60,298 nt of DNA from an uncultured Gammaproteobacteria bacterium (GCA_964558195.1 CAZLCB010000001.1:1-60298), one strand, 5' to 3'. Counted from the stretch's first letter, positions 26,459-37,018 are shown. The notes: generated from the letters alone by a model not told the origin. Numbers and translations: made by a program.

Positions 26459-27161
26459 CTTTTTGAGCCATGATGTTGCTGACATGCAAAAGACTATCGA
26501 AAGTACCAGCATCTTCCCAAAGAGTATCGAAAATATTTACTTGTAGTTCACCTTTTTCTAAATAAGTTCGATTGATATCAGTAATTTCGATTTCGCCGCG
26601 ATCCGATGGTTTAAGGTTTTTGGCGATATCAACAACTTGATTATCGTAGGTATAAAGCCCGACGACAGCATAGTTACTTTTGGGGGCAGTGGGTTTTTCT
26701 TCGATAGAAATAGCTTTCATATTTTGATCAAATTCGACGACACCAAAACGTTCCGGATCGGAAACTTGCTTAGCAAAAACCATACCGCCGGATTTGAAAT
26801 TTTTGATTTCTGAAGAAAAATCCTGATCAAAAATATTATCACCTAAAATCATAGTGACGTTATCGTTACCGATAAAATCAGCACCGATAATAAAAGCATC
26901 AGCCAAACCTTTTGGTTCCTTTTGAACAGCATAACTAAAATGAGCTCCAAATTCTTTACCATCGCCCAAGAGATTTAGAAAATGACCGGAATAGTCAGGA
27001 GCGATAATGATCAAAATATCTTTTATCCCCGCTTTAATTAAAGTTTCGATAGGATAAAAAATCATGGGTTTGTTATAAACCGGAAGAAGTTGTTTGGATG
27101 TAATGGCAGTTAACGGACGAAGACGAGTGGCACGGCCACCAGCAAGAACAATACCTTTCAT
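26439..27161 (-). CDS. rfbA: Glucose-1-phosphate thymidylyltransferase-like sugar nucleotidyltransferase (short form)
   Basis: [33 protein letters not shown] and LGDNIF motifs. Confidence 0.85.
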   Translation of the reverse strand: MKGIVLAGGRATRLRPLTAITSKQLLPVYNKPMIFYPIETLIKAGIKDILIIIAPDYSGHFLNLLGDGKEFGAHFSYAVQKEPKGLADAFIIGADFIGNDNVTMILGDNIFDQDFSSEIKNFKSGGMVFAKQVSDPERFGVVEFDQNMKAISIEEKPTAPKSNYAVVGLYTYDNQVVDIAKNLKPSDRGEIEITDINRTYLEKGELQVNIFDTLWEDAGTFDSLLHVSNIMAQKAKQTQG

Positions 27162-27243
27162 AATGAAATTACTAATTACTAATTAATAATTACTAATTAA
27201 AATTAAAAATAATTAGTGAATAGCCTATTTTACAATATTAAAA

Positions 27244-28440
27244 CTATTTTTTCTTATTTTTCCAAATGAACTTGTTATACATGAACCAATTGTATGGAAG
27301 AACTAAGAAAACGATGATGAATGGTAATAAAATTTGTCGAGAGCCTGGACCAAAAGCCATAACACCTAGAGTTCCAAAAATGGTTTGGATTAATAAAGCT
27401 CCCATAGAAGAAAGATTGAATTGAAGGAACTTGGAAACTAATTGTTTAGATTCAGAAATTTTTTGAGACTTGAATGTCCAAAGATTATTGAGAGTGAAAT
27501 TGCTAATGATAGACAACTCGGTTGATAATAACCACGAAAGCCATTCAATAGACCAGGCTTTGGAAAAAATTGATAAAAATGTAGCGTTGACTAAGTAACC
27601 GACAAAACCAACGGTACCGAATTTAAGGAATTTTTGAGTAAATTCATCTTGCCATCGAAGTAAAAAGGCAACGCGGAAAATATCTTTGGCGGTTTTTGAT
27701 TCGATTTTGGATTCACCAGCATTACGGACATGAAATTGAAGAGGAACTTCTTTGAATTTGGCACCCATTTTGAGAGTTTCAAAAAGAAGTTGGAGTTTGT
27801 AACCAAAACTACGAGTCAGAAGACGGCTGTAATCCATATCCATTTTGTCGATAAAACCCTTGACACGAGTAACTTTAATACCGGTGGTAGGATCAGTAAC
27901 TTTGAAGAAATTTTTGAACGGAAAAAACATCATAAAACGAGCAGTAAATCCACCAACTTCAGAGAAAAAGACTCGCTTGAAACCCCAACCCTTAGGGTTA
28001 GAACCACCCTTGATTTTACGAGACCCAATAACATAATCGTAACCGTCTTCCATGGCTTTCAACATAACCGGGATAGTTTCCGGAGGATGTTGGAAATCAC
28101 CGTCGAATTCAAAGACAAAATCGGCTTTGAGATGTTCCATAGCGTATTTGAACCCTTTAAGGTAAGCGGCACCAATACCGTCTTTACTAGTTTCGGTATA
28201 AAGAAAAGTATTGGAATATTTTTTAGCTTCTTTTTCGACAATCTTACCAGTACCATCGGGAGAATTCCCATCGACAACCAAAATTTTCATATCCCAATCT
28301 TGGGTTAAATCATTTTTTTTATTTTCGATATCAACAAAAGTTTTGGTATTAAGATACTTAATCATTTTGCCGATATTATCGGCTTCATTGTATGTAGGAA
28401 TAACGATAACAGCGACTGATTTTTTGGTTTTTGTTGTCAT
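27244..28440 (-). CDS. GT2 polyprenol-phosphate glycosyltransferase fused to a GtrA-like membrane domain
   Basis: VIPTYNEADNI, VVDGNSPDGT and FDGDFQHPP motifs, plus C-terminal TM helices with NNLWTF (GtrA-like). Confidence 0.85.
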   Translation of the reverse strand: MTTKTKKSVAVIVIPTYNEADNIGKMIKYLNTKTFVDIENKKNDLTQDWDMKILVVDGNSPDGTGKIVEKEAKKYSNTFLYTETSKDGIGAAYLKGFKYAMEHLKADFVFEFDGDFQHPPETIPVMLKAMEDGYDYVIGSRKIKGGSNPKGWGFKRVFFSEVGGFTARFMMFFPFKNFFKVTDPTTGIKVTRVKGFIDKMDMDYSRLLTRSFGYKLQLLFETLKMGAKFKEVPLQFHVRNAGESKIESKTAKDIFRVAFLLRWQDEFTQKFLKFGTVGFVGYLVNATFLSIFSKAWSIEWLSWLLSTELSIISNFTLNNLWTFKSQKISESKQLVSKFLQFNLSSMGALLIQTIFGTLGVMAFGPGSRQILLPFIIVFLVLPYNWFMYNKFIWKNKKK

Positions 28441-28479
28441 ATATAAAATGAGTATAGCGCAAAATGATAAAATAGGCTT

Positions 28480-29196
28480 ATGAAGATAGAGGTGTTGACA
28501 TTGTTTCCAAAAATGTTTGAATCCCCTTTTGAGGAAAGTATTATAAAAAGGGCAATAAAAAATGGTTTAGTGGAAATTAAAACTCATAATTTACGTGATT
28601 GGGCGATTGATAATTATGGTTCGGTAGACGATAAACCTTTTGGGGGTGATGTGGGGATGCTGATAAGAGCGGATGTGGTTTGGAAGGCTTTAGAAAAAAT
28701 TTCTAATGTCGAATTTTTAATGTCTAATGAGGACAAAGAAAAAAGACAAAGAGAAAACAAAACAAGAATAATTATGATGTCGGCGAGAGGGAAAAAATTT
28801 GATCAAGCAAAGGCAGAAGAATTGTCAAAATTGGAAAATTTAGTAATATTGGCCGGTCATTACGAAGGGTTTGACCAAAGAATCAGTGATTATATGATTG
28901 ATGAAGAAATATCGATTGGTGATTATGTATTAACTGGTGGTGAATTGCCAGCGATGGTGTTGATTGATTCGGTAACTAGATTAATTCCTGGAGTATTGGG
29001 AAAAGATGAATCGAGTCAAACAGAAAGCTGGTCGGAGACAGAAATTGATGGTCAAAAAATAAGAACAATTGAATATCCGCAATATACGAGACCAAGGGAT
29101 TTTATGGGAAAAACAGTACCAGAAGTTTTGTTATCGGGTGACCCAAAAAAAATAAAGGCCTGGCAAACAGAACAGATTAAAAAAACGATAAAGTAA
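28480..29196 (+). CDS. trmD: tRNA (guanine37-N1)-methyltransferase
   Basis: FGGDVGM, LAGHYEGFDQR and ISIGDYVLTGGELPAMVLIDSVTRLIPGVLG motifs. Confidence 0.9.
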   Translation: MKIEVLTLFPKMFESPFEESIIKRAIKNGLVEIKTHNLRDWAIDNYGSVDDKPFGGDVGMLIRADVVWKALEKISNVEFLMSNEDKEKRQRENKTRIIMMSARGKKFDQAKAEELSKLENLVILAGHYEGFDQRISDYMIDEEISIGDYVLTGGELPAMVLIDSVTRLIPGVLGKDESSQTESWSETEIDGQKIRTIEYPQYTRPRDFMGKTVPEVLLSGDPKKIKAWQTEQIKKTIK

Positions 29197-29440
29197 GCAA
29201 GGTAATTCCGAAGAGAGCAATAATTAAGTACTCAATAATAATTGAGAGACTGAGGTCTCCTCGCCGGTAATGGTGATAAAGACTCCAAAAAAAATAATTG
29301 GCAGCCATAAGGTAAACAATAATTCTTTTGCCGTGAGAATCAAACGGAGCAAAGAAATAGAGAATCAGACCGATAAGAAAAATAATACCTAGAATAAGGT
29401 ATTCTAAAGGTTTTTGTCGAACTTCTTTAGGAATAATCAT
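29177..29440 (-). CDS. Small membrane protein
   Basis: 87 aa with three predicted TM helices. It is the last gene of the minus-strand surface cluster. Confidence 0.5.
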   Translation of the reverse strand: MIIPKEVRQKPLEYLILGIIFLIGLILYFFAPFDSHGKRIIVYLMAANYFFWSLYHHYRRGDLSLSIIIEYLIIALFGITLLTLSFF

Positions 29441-29443
29441 AGT

Positions 29444-30346
29444 TTAAAAAATTACCCCCTGTTGTTGATAAAGAATAAATAAAAGAATAACAATTAAAAA
29501 ACCTATATGGCCAACAGTTGAACCGGTCATACGATGAATACCGTGTTTGAGAGTAATGTAGCCATCTATAAATAAGACAGTAATGATGAGACCAAAAATA
29601 ATTAGGCCAAAAATTTTATTCAGAGTCAGAGGATTAAGATAATTTTGTTGGTTTTGAGATAAGACTTGAGACTCAGATGTTTGCGGAATAATATCAACGA
29701 CCTTATTTTGTTCGTCATTGATAACAATATCGTTGGATATTACCGGTTTTTGAGTTTGAGTCTTTTTTGGTTCAATAACAGCAGCAACCGGGGTGCCGAA
29801 ATGTTGAACTACTAAAGTAGTTTTAATACCACCTAAGGTACCATTAACCACACCGATACCAATTTCCTGATATTTAGAATTAATAATGTTGGCTTTGTGA
29901 GTAGGAGAATTCATCCAAGCTTTCATGAGAGAATCGGTGTCGTAAAAATCACGGGCCAAGTTTTCACCGGCAACTGAATATTGGTAACCAACGGCTTTAA
30001 AAAAATCCCAAGGAGTAGTTCCTTTAGGAGAATTGTGAGCCCAGTAATTATTAGCAAACATATCTTGGGCTTTTTGGGCGGCCGATTGGGATAATATTGA
30101 GTTATATTTTAGGGCAGTTAAGCCAAGGGCAGTTCTCTGATTATTGGTTTGATCGAAAACTTTTTGGGCGGTAATTTCTGATGAATAACCTAAAACTCCT
30201 GGTTTAGCGAAACTAAGATACTTTATGAAAGCCTGATTGAGAAGATAAATACCGACCAATAAAGCCAAGAAACCATTTTTGAGGATAGTGGCGCGAAAAT
30301 TATTTTCTTTTTTGGGTATAAAAAAATGAGACCAATGACGTTTCAC
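29444..30346 (-). CDS. CAP (SCP/PR1, YkwD-like) domain membrane protein
   Basis: NYWAHNSP, AGENLA and MNSPTHKANIINSKYQEIGIGV motifs, with N- and C-terminal TM segments. Confidence 0.75.
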   Translation of the reverse strand: MKRHWSHFFIPKKENNFRATILKNGFLALLVGIYLLNQAFIKYLSFAKPGVLGYSSEITAQKVFDQTNNQRTALGLTALKYNSILSQSAAQKAQDMFANNYWAHNSPKGTTPWDFFKAVGYQYSVAGENLARDFYDTDSLMKAWMNSPTHKANIINSKYQEIGIGVVNGTLGGIKTTLVVQHFGTPVAAVIEPKKTQTQKPVISNDIVINDEQNKVVDIIPQTSESQVLSQNQQNYLNPLTLNKIFGLIIFGLIITVLFIDGYITLKHGIHRMTGSTVGHIGFLIVILLFILYQQQGVIF

Positions 30347-30384
30347 AGTTTAAGTATATAAGAAAAAAAAGTTTTTGAATTAAT

Positions 30385-30939
30385 TTAATTAGAGGAAACA
30401 TAATTTGATATTACTTGTTGATATTCAAACCCGGATTTTTGATTTATATCTTGATTAAAACCTAAAATTACTAAATCGAATTGACAGTTTAATGTTTGGT
30501 TAGATAGATAATTTTTATCTAAACTTAGGGTAATTAACCAGTCAGTAAAATCTGAATCTTTTGAAAAAGAATCGTTGAAGTTAAGGTCAATTAAATCACC
30601 TTGATAGAAAGTCTGATTGTTTTTGGATAGATTGATTTTTAGATGACGACAAAAATTATCATCACCAGATATTTTTTGAAAAGAAAGATTATATTTTAAT
30701 TGGGATTTGCCTTGATTTTTTATTCTTAGGGTGTTGACTTGATAACCGCCAGGTAAAAGCTGATCAATATTAAATAAACTTTCGACAGTTGATTCGTTGG
30801 TAGTTTTAATTTTGGAAAAATCCAGTGTGGTAGCAGAAAATTGATTGTTTTTTATGGATTTGCGAGAAACAAAATCAGCGTTGGTAGGTTTAACTAAAAT
30901 GAGACTAAAAATGAGAACTAAAAACCAAATTCTGGCCAT
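30385..30939 (-). CDS. Secreted protein with a SipW-dependent-type signal peptide (TasA/camelysin-like)
   Basis: Signal peptide followed by ...ADFVSRKSIKNNQFSATTLDF, matching the A.F....N.F..GTLD class motif. Confidence 0.6.
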   Translation of the reverse strand: MARIWFLVLIFSLILVKPTNADFVSRKSIKNNQFSATTLDFSKIKTTNESTVESLFNIDQLLPGGYQVNTLRIKNQGKSQLKYNLSFQKISGDDNFCRHLKINLSKNNQTFYQGDLIDLNFNDSFSKDSDFTDWLITLSLDKNYLSNQTLNCQFDLVILGFNQDINQKSGFEYQQVISNYVSSN

Positions 30940-30945
30940 AAATTA

Positions 30946-31434
30946 TCAAGTGAGATTTTTTTTAAGGTTCTTTTTTATTTCTAAAAACTCTTGGTAAATA
31001 ATCAGAGTTGAAGGGATAATAATAAGAATAATTAATCCCGGAAGACTTTTGACAAACATTATAAAATAGCCAATTTTTGGGATAGTAAAAAAAACTTTTC
31101 CAAGAATGTCTGAATTGCGGAGAGTATTTTGGTCAGCAACAGGGTTAGCATCACCTTTGGTAATAAAACTGTCATTATTTACCTGAGCAATTCGATGAGT
31201 GACAGTAAAGTTTTGTTGAGAATTGAAGGTAATAATGTCGTTAACTTTATATAAAGAAACAGGTTTAATAATAACTACGTCACCGGTTTTTAGGGCCGGT
31301 GACATAGAACCTGATTGAACTAAAAAGACATGATAATTTCCCGGGAGATTTAATTGAGACAGAAGAAAAAAAACAGCTAAAATTATTAAAACTAAAGTCA
31401 ATAGCCATTTTAAAAAACTTAAAATAGAAGTCAT
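30946..31434 (-). CDS. sipW: Signal peptidase I, SipW (archaeal/ER) type
   Basis: SGSMSPALKTGD (Ser box), VTHRI (His box) and TKGDAN, with a C-terminal TM helix. Confidence 0.85.
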   Translation of the reverse strand: MTSILSFLKWLLTLVLIILAVFFLLSQLNLPGNYHVFLVQSGSMSPALKTGDVVIIKPVSLYKVNDIITFNSQQNFTVTHRIAQVNNDSFITKGDANPVADQNTLRNSDILGKVFFTIPKIGYFIMFVKSLPGLIILIIIPSTLIIYQEFLEIKKNLKKNLT

Positions 31435-31437
31435 AAA

Positions 31438-32037
31438 TTAATTGACGACTTGTTGGAGATTGAAGTTTAAATCAAAACCTAAACTATCACTTTGGATTTC
31501 GTTACCATAATCACCTGTTTCAAACCATTCAATTTTAAGTTCTGATTCCTGACCTGGATTTAGAACTATCTGATTAGTAGACCAATAATTATTTAGAGCA
31601 GTGATACCGGCTTCGGTCAAAGGAAAAGTGGTTTTAAGGTTATTATCCAAATAAAGATTGACACTGATTAGTTTCCCGAGATCACCCTGACCAACTCCAG
31701 GAGTGTCACATGTTTGATCAACTTCACTTTCGGGAACGTTGCAACCATTTTCATCATCTGAAATATTTGAAAGTTCGGCAATAAAATTACCAGACAAAGT
31801 TCCAGTATTTTTTACTTTCCAGATTTTTTGACCGGCAATTTCACCTGTTCCTAAGTCAGAAATTACAAAAGGTTCGACTTGTTTGTTTTGAGAATCGCCA
31901 ACTTGTAAATCGAGAGTGCCGACAGTAAATTTGTTACCCGAGCTGACTTTTCTATCGGAAAAATAGGCCCTAGTTAAAAGAAAAGAAAAGCTGCTAACAG
32001 CAATAATTATGGCTAAGCTTAGAAATATTTTTTTCAT
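31438..32037 (-). CDS. TasA/camelysin-like protein with a SipW-dependent signal peptide
   Basis: MKKIFLSLAIIIAVSSFSFLLTRAYFSDRKVSSGNKFTVGTLDLQV matches the canonical AYFSD...N.F..GTLDL motif. Confidence 0.7.
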   Translation of the reverse strand: MKKIFLSLAIIIAVSSFSFLLTRAYFSDRKVSSGNKFTVGTLDLQVGDSQNKQVEPFVISDLGTGEIAGQKIWKVKNTGTLSGNFIAELSNISDDENGCNVPESEVDQTCDTPGVGQGDLGKLISVNLYLDNNLKTTFPLTEAGITALNNYWSTNQIVLNPGQESELKIEWFETGDYGNEIQSDSLGFDLNFNLQQVVN

Positions 32038-32094
32038 AAATCGTTTTTGAATGTATGTAACAGATATACATTTAAACGATTTTTCCTCCCCGAG

Positions 32095-32457
32095 TCAAGA
32101 CTTAAATTTTATTTTGATCCGAGGCCAGATAAATTTTATGACTAGAAATCCAATTAAAATGCCAAGTAAATCAATTAATGTATCAGTGAATTTAGGCATT
32201 CGACCAGGAGTAAAAGATTGATGAAATTCATCACTAACAGCATAAAGATAAGAAATTAAAATAGAGGTTGTTTTTTTGTTGACGGCGAAATTAATTAGGA
32301 AAAAAAGAACAGCGTATTCGACAAGATGAAAAGTTTTGAGGATTAAAAATCGATACCAGTAAGAATCGCCGCCAATGCCAGTAGTTTGACGTGAGGAGAA
32401 ATAAAAAATAACACACATCCAAATAATAGCCGGAATAAAACGAATTATTTTTTTCAC
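32095..32457 (-). CDS. VanZ family membrane protein
   Basis: Four TM helices, with HLVEYAVL and SDEFHQSFTPGR..D motifs. Confidence 0.75.
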   Translation of the reverse strand: MKKIIRFIPAIIWMCVIFYFSSRQTTGIGGDSYWYRFLILKTFHLVEYAVLFFLINFAVNKKTTSILISYLYAVSDEFHQSFTPGRMPKFTDTLIDLLGILIGFLVIKFIWPRIKIKFKS

Positions 32458-33554
32458 TTCTTATTAAGTTTACTAATAATTATTGGAGAAGTCAGTAAAA
32501 GACCTCCGGAGATAATTAAGATTAAAGGAAGATAATTTTTTTGAGTAGTATTAGCAATATCGTTGCCCAAGACTTCTCCGCTGGTAGGAACAGGGGTAAT
32601 CTCTGGAGTAATAAAACTTGAGCCTTGAGACGGTTCGATAATAGCTGATTCTGTGGCTGTATCTGATGAAGTAAATTTACTTTGATCGGGAGTTGGAGTA
32701 AGGGTGTTGGTAGGAATAGGAGTTGAAGTGGGGGCGGAATAACAAGAAGTAACATTAACGTAACCTTTGGTAATACTTGATTGACACCAGCTGTTATTAA
32801 TTAATGACCAAGAGCGATCGACAGTTCTTAGTCCGCCATTGTAAGAAGTTTGATTAATTACGGTATTGTCTTGGCGACGAAAAATTACGGTTTCATCGTT
32901 ATTATTGTCAAAAAAAGCTGAGTACTCAAAAATAAAATAACTATTGGCACCAATAGTAATATCGCTAATATTTCTAGTATGGCTTTCTTTGTCTTCAAGT
33001 TTCCAACCGACGAGCTTAATGGGTTTGTCATTGCTGTTATGGATTTCAATCCATTCTGGATCGGAATAAGGCATAAATTCGGTCATAGTAACTCCGGAAG
33101 TAGGATTGACAATGGTTGGATCGGAGGTTGGTGTGGCGGTGGGAGTTGGAGTATTGGTTGGAATTGGTGTTGATGTTGGAGTATTAGTTGGAAGAGCACA
33201 AGTATTAGTATTAGTTGGTTTGTCTTTAGTAACACCGGTAGTGTAGGTAAAAGTGTCGATTAGTTCGTTAGTGTTGTTATATAGATAAACGGTGTCACCA
33301 TCATTATTTAAATAACTACTAAAATCGAAAGTTTGAGTAAGATTGCTTGAAATACAAGTATTAGTAATTGTTTTGACTGTACCAGCAAGGTCTTTGAAAT
33401 ACCAATTAGAGATATTGATTGATTCGGAAGAATTGTTAGTTAACTGAATCCATTCAGGTGAAGAGTTTGACGAAAAGTCGGTTATCTTTATTGTTGGTTC
33501 GGCGAAGACAGGTTTAGATAAAAAGAAACAAAGTATAAAAAATAAAAACGCCAC
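32454..33554 (-). CDS. Surface protein with two lamin-tail (LTD) domains, Pro/Thr linkers and a C-terminal TM anchor
   Basis: PEWIQLTNNSSESINISNWYFKD and PEWIEIHNSNDKPIKLVGWKLED. PTNTPTSTPIPTNTPTPT linkers are present. Confidence 0.7.
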   Translation of the reverse strand: MAFLFFILCFFLSKPVFAEPTIKITDFSSNSSPEWIQLTNNSSESINISNWYFKDLAGTVKTITNTCISSNLTQTFDFSSYLNNDGDTVYLYNNTNELIDTFTYTTGVTKDKPTNTNTCALPTNTPTSTPIPTNTPTPTATPTSDPTIVNPTSGVTMTEFMPYSDPEWIEIHNSNDKPIKLVGWKLEDKESHTRNISDITIGANSYFIFEYSAFFDNNNDETVIFRRQDNTVINQTSYNGGLRTVDRSWSLINNSWCQSSITKGYVNVTSCYSAPTSTPIPTNTLTPTPDQSKFTSSDTATESAIIEPSQGSSFITPEITPVPTSGEVLGNDIANTTQKNYLPLILIISGGLLLTSPIIISKLNKK

Positions 33555-33573
33555 AAATTATTTTAATAAAAAT

Positions 33574-35016
33574 TTATGAAAGTTTGTTAACAGCAATGTC
33601 TATTTTTTTTAGAGTTGATTCTTTGCCTAAAGCCGGAAGACAGTCAACAACTGGAGGAGTAAAAGCAGAACCACAAATAGCAACTCTAAAAACCATAAAG
33701 AATTCACCAACATTCCAATTATTTGACGAAATTAAATTCGTTAAACAAGATTGGATAGTGGTAAAGTCAAAAGTTTTTAAGGTTGATAAAGATTTTTTTG
33801 TTTGAGTTAAAAACTCGATGGCCAGTTTTGGGTCAGTCCCCTTTTTGAATAATAAATCTTTATCATAATCAACATCTTCAAATAAAAATTTGGCTTGAGT
33901 TTGAAGATCGGATAGTTTAACAATTCGATCCTTGAGGACCGGAACTAAAATTTTTATTTGGTCATCTGTGGCTTGAGGTAAAAATTTTTTGAATAAGTCA
34001 AATAATTGATCGTCAGTTTTTTGGCGAAGATAATAACCATTTAAATAATCAAGTTTTTTGCGATCGAAAACCGGGGATTTTTTGTGAAGGTGTTCAAGAC
34101 TAAAAGCTTGAACAAATTCTTCTAAGGTAAAAAATTCTCGATTATCACCAGGATTCCAACCCAAAAACATTAAGAAATTGAGCATAGCTTCGGGCAAATA
34201 GCCATCTTCTAAAAATGAACGAGCCGAAGTAGCACCATGACGTTTACTTAATTTACCTTTACCATCTGGATTTAAAATTACCGTAAGGTGGGCAAAAATT
34301 GGTGGTTCCCAACCAAAATAACGATAAAGCAAAAGATGTTTGGGAGTGGAAGTGAGCCATTCTTCGCCACGAAAAACATGAGTAATTCCCATTAGATGAT
34401 CGTCGACCATGGCGGCTAAATGATAGGTAGGGATGCCATTTGATTTGATAATTACTTGATCGTCAACGTCATTAGTATTGAATTTGATTTTTCCCCGAAT
34501 AGCATCTTCAAAAATTATGGTTTCGTTTTTGGGAATAACCATACGAATGGTGTAAGGAATTTTGGCATCAAGATTTTTTTGGATTTCTTCTTTGGACAAA
34601 TTGAGACAATGTTGGTCGTATTTGGGTAAATGACCGGCAGCTTTTTGAGAGGCACGAAGCGAATCAAGTCTTTCTTGAGTACAAAAACAATAATAGGCTA
34701 AACCTTTATCAATTAATTCTTGGGCGTATTTTTGGTAAATTTCAAGGCGTTTGGTTTGAGTATACGGAGCATATGGACCACCGATATCCGGACCTTCGTC
34801 CCAGTTTAAGCCATAATCTTTGATAACTTGAAGTGTTCGTTCGGCTGAACCGGCGACAAATCTTTTTTGATCAGTATCTTCAATACGAATAATAAATTGA
34901 CCATTGTATTTGCGAGCTAAAGCATAATCGTAAAGACAGGTACGCAAATGGCCGATGTGATATTCTCCTGTGGGACTGGGGGCAATGCGGGTACGAACAA
35001 CTTTAGTGTCACTCAT
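33574..35016 (-). CDS. gltX: Glutamate--tRNA ligase
   Basis: PSPTGEYHIGHLRT (HIGH motif) and KLSKR (KMSKS motif). Confidence 0.95.
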   Translation of the reverse strand: MSDTKVVRTRIAPSPTGEYHIGHLRTCLYDYALARKYNGQFIIRIEDTDQKRFVAGSAERTLQVIKDYGLNWDEGPDIGGPYAPYTQTKRLEIYQKYAQELIDKGLAYYCFCTQERLDSLRASQKAAGHLPKYDQHCLNLSKEEIQKNLDAKIPYTIRMVIPKNETIIFEDAIRGKIKFNTNDVDDQVIIKSNGIPTYHLAAMVDDHLMGITHVFRGEEWLTSTPKHLLLYRYFGWEPPIFAHLTVILNPDGKGKLSKRHGATSARSFLEDGYLPEAMLNFLMFLGWNPGDNREFFTLEEFVQAFSLEHLHKKSPVFDRKKLDYLNGYYLRQKTDDQLFDLFKKFLPQATDDQIKILVPVLKDRIVKLSDLQTQAKFLFEDVDYDKDLLFKKGTDPKLAIEFLTQTKKSLSTLKTFDFTTIQSCLTNLISSNNWNVGEFFMVFRVAICGSAFTPPVVDCLPALGKESTLKKIDIAVNKLS

Positions 35017-35051
35017 GGTTAATATTGTATCATTTTAGTGTAGAATAATTT

Positions 35052-36089
35052 ATGTCATTAACACAGACGGCTTATACCAGCAGAAGAGTGATTAAATTTG
35101 GCGGTATTGGAGTAATAGTTTTTAGTTTGCTTTGGGTAATCGTAACTACTTCTTATAATTTATACAGAAGCCGTAATCCGGTTTATACAGCGCCAACAGT
35201 AAGGTATGGAGTTTTACCAAAGATAGTTTTCCCAGAAAAAGAAAAGACAAGTAAAAATTTTAGCTTTGAATTGGCTAATGATACGGTACCGAATTTTAAA
35301 GACCAAGCAAAGGTTTATATAATTTACCGACCAAATACAACATTTTTGGCGTTACAGGAAGATACTCAAACAGCAAAATCTTTTGGATTTAATAGTGATC
35401 CCGTAGAACTTAAGGCGGGTATTTATGAATTTAAGGATACAACTAACAATAAAACATTAACATTAAACGTATTGGCGGGAAATTTTGAATTGACCTATCC
35501 TTACGGCTCAGACCAAGTATTGTTGACAGAGAACAAAGTACCAAGTAAATCAGAGGCAATAGAAATTGCTTCAAATTTTTTGAATAAAGGAAATAAATTG
35601 TCGGAGGATTTGAAAAATGGAGAAAAGAATGTTTCATACTGGAAAATAGACGGGGGAACTTTGAAGTCAGTGTCGGCTCAATCGGAAGCTAATGCTGCCA
35701 GAGTGGATTTTTACAGAAAAGATTTTGATAATTTTGATTTAATTTCTTCTAATTTTGGCCAAGCATCAATTTCGGTTTTAATTTCAGGATCGACAGTAGA
35801 AGCGAAAAAAATAATTGGGGTTAACTTTAAGGATGTAAATATTGATAGAGAATCATATTCGACTTATCCAATAAAGACAGCGGAAGAGGCAATAAGTGAT
35901 TTGAAATCGGGTAATTACTGGACAGCCAGAGATATAAGTGATTCTAATGTAACTATACGGAAGATATATTTGGCTTACTACGAGCCAATAATATTGACCA
36001 ATTATTTACAACCGATTTTTGTGTTTGAGGGAGACAATAATTTTGTGGCGTATGTATCGGCCGTATCGAGTAAATATGTTGGGGATTAG
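35052..36089 (+). CDS. Membrane-anchored hypothetical protein
   Basis: 345-aa ORF with an N-terminal TM helix. No family recognised. Confidence 0.6.
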   Translation: MSLTQTAYTSRRVIKFGGIGVIVFSLLWVIVTTSYNLYRSRNPVYTAPTVRYGVLPKIVFPEKEKTSKNFSFELANDTVPNFKDQAKVYIIYRPNTTFLALQEDTQTAKSFGFNSDPVELKAGIYEFKDTTNNKTLTLNVLAGNFELTYPYGSDQVLLTENKVPSKSEAIEIASNFLNKGNKLSEDLKNGEKNVSYWKIDGGTLKSVSAQSEANAARVDFYRKDFDNFDLISSNFGQASISVLISGSTVEAKKIIGVNFKDVNIDRESYSTYPIKTAEEAISDLKSGNYWTARDISDSNVTIRKIYLAYYEPIILTNYLQPIFVFEGDNNFVAYVSAVSSKYVGD

Positions 36090-37018
36090 TATTCAACCCA
36101 AGAAACGTTTTGTTTGAGCCAGGAAATAAGATTTTTGGTGTCTTGAAAACGATCGTCACTATTGGCGACAACACTAATGACCAAATGACCATTGATATTT
36201 AGGAGACCAATAAAACAACCTTTTGCTTCATTGGTAAATCCGGTTTTAAGACCAATAACTTCTGGAATAACTCCTAAAAGCTCATTAGTAGTAGTGATTT
36301 CATGTTTGATTTCTCCGGTAACATTAGTAATAGTCATACTTTTATTTTTGACGACATCGCGAACAGTGGAATTTTGAATAGCTAAACGACCCAACTGAGA
36401 AAGATCATAAACAGTGGAGTGGTGATTATCATTGTGAAGACCGTCAGGGTTAACAAAATGAGTATTTTTGAGATTATATTTAGTCATAAGAGAATTCATT
36501 TGACTAATAAAACCAGATAAACCTTGACTATAATGATTACCTAATGAAAAAGCAGCATCGTTGGCGGAATAAACTAATAGAGCAGTAACTAAAGATTTAA
36601 CGGTGATTTTTTCGCCGGGTTGAAGATCCATAACTTTACCTTCATCGTATTTTTGATCAATAGTAACAACTTCATCGAGAGGGTATAAATTGAGAGCAGT
36701 AAGAGCGGTAGCTAATTTAGTGGTAGAGGCGGGATAAATTTTACTATCCTGATTTTTGGAAACTAAAACTTTATTTGTATCGACATCAATTAAGATATAT
36801 TTATCGGTTAAAAGTTGGGGTGGATTAACTAATTTAACCAATGGGGTTTCCGGATGAGAAAAATCTAAAATCTGATTATTTTCGGTAATGAAACTATTTT
36901 TGGGATAAATTTTCCAAAACGAAAAAGTCGGCAACCAAAAAAGATTGAGAATTAAAATCAGAAAAATAATGACAAAATCGAGCCAATTATTTTTTAGGCT
37001 TGTTGTTTTTTTTACCAT
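36086..37018 (-). CDS. D-alanyl-D-alanine carboxypeptidase (S11, PBP5/6-like)
   Basis: ASTTKLATA (SxxK), SANDAA (SxN) and KTGFT (KTG). ATG at 37018 (MVKKTTSL) is chosen inside ORF 36086..37111. Confidence 0.8.
   Translation of the reverse strand: MVKKTTSLKNNWLDFVIIFLILILNLFWLPTFSFWKIYPKNSFITENNQILDFSHPETPLVKLVNPPQLLTDKYILIDVDTNKVLVSKNQDSKIYPASTTKLATALTALNLYPLDEVVTIDQKYDEGKVMDLQPGEKITVKSLVTALLVYSANDAAFSLGNHYSQGLSGFISQMNSLMTKYNLKNTHFVNPDGLHNDNHHSTVYDLSQLGRLAIQNSTVRDVVKNKSMTITNVTGEIKHEITTTNELLGVIPEVIGLKTGFTNEAKGCFIGLLNINGHLVISVVANSDDRFQDTKNLISWLKQNVSWVEY

Noticed and set aside
27730-28308. Long antisense ORFs inside real genes, such as 27730..28308, 3493..3849, 3527..3880, 44079..44531, 48607..48966, 53674..54117, 50424..50816 and 9642..10043.
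   Set aside because: Each lies fully within a confidently identified gene on the opposite strand or in another frame, and has low-complexity or hydrophobic nonsense composition. They are shadow ORFs.
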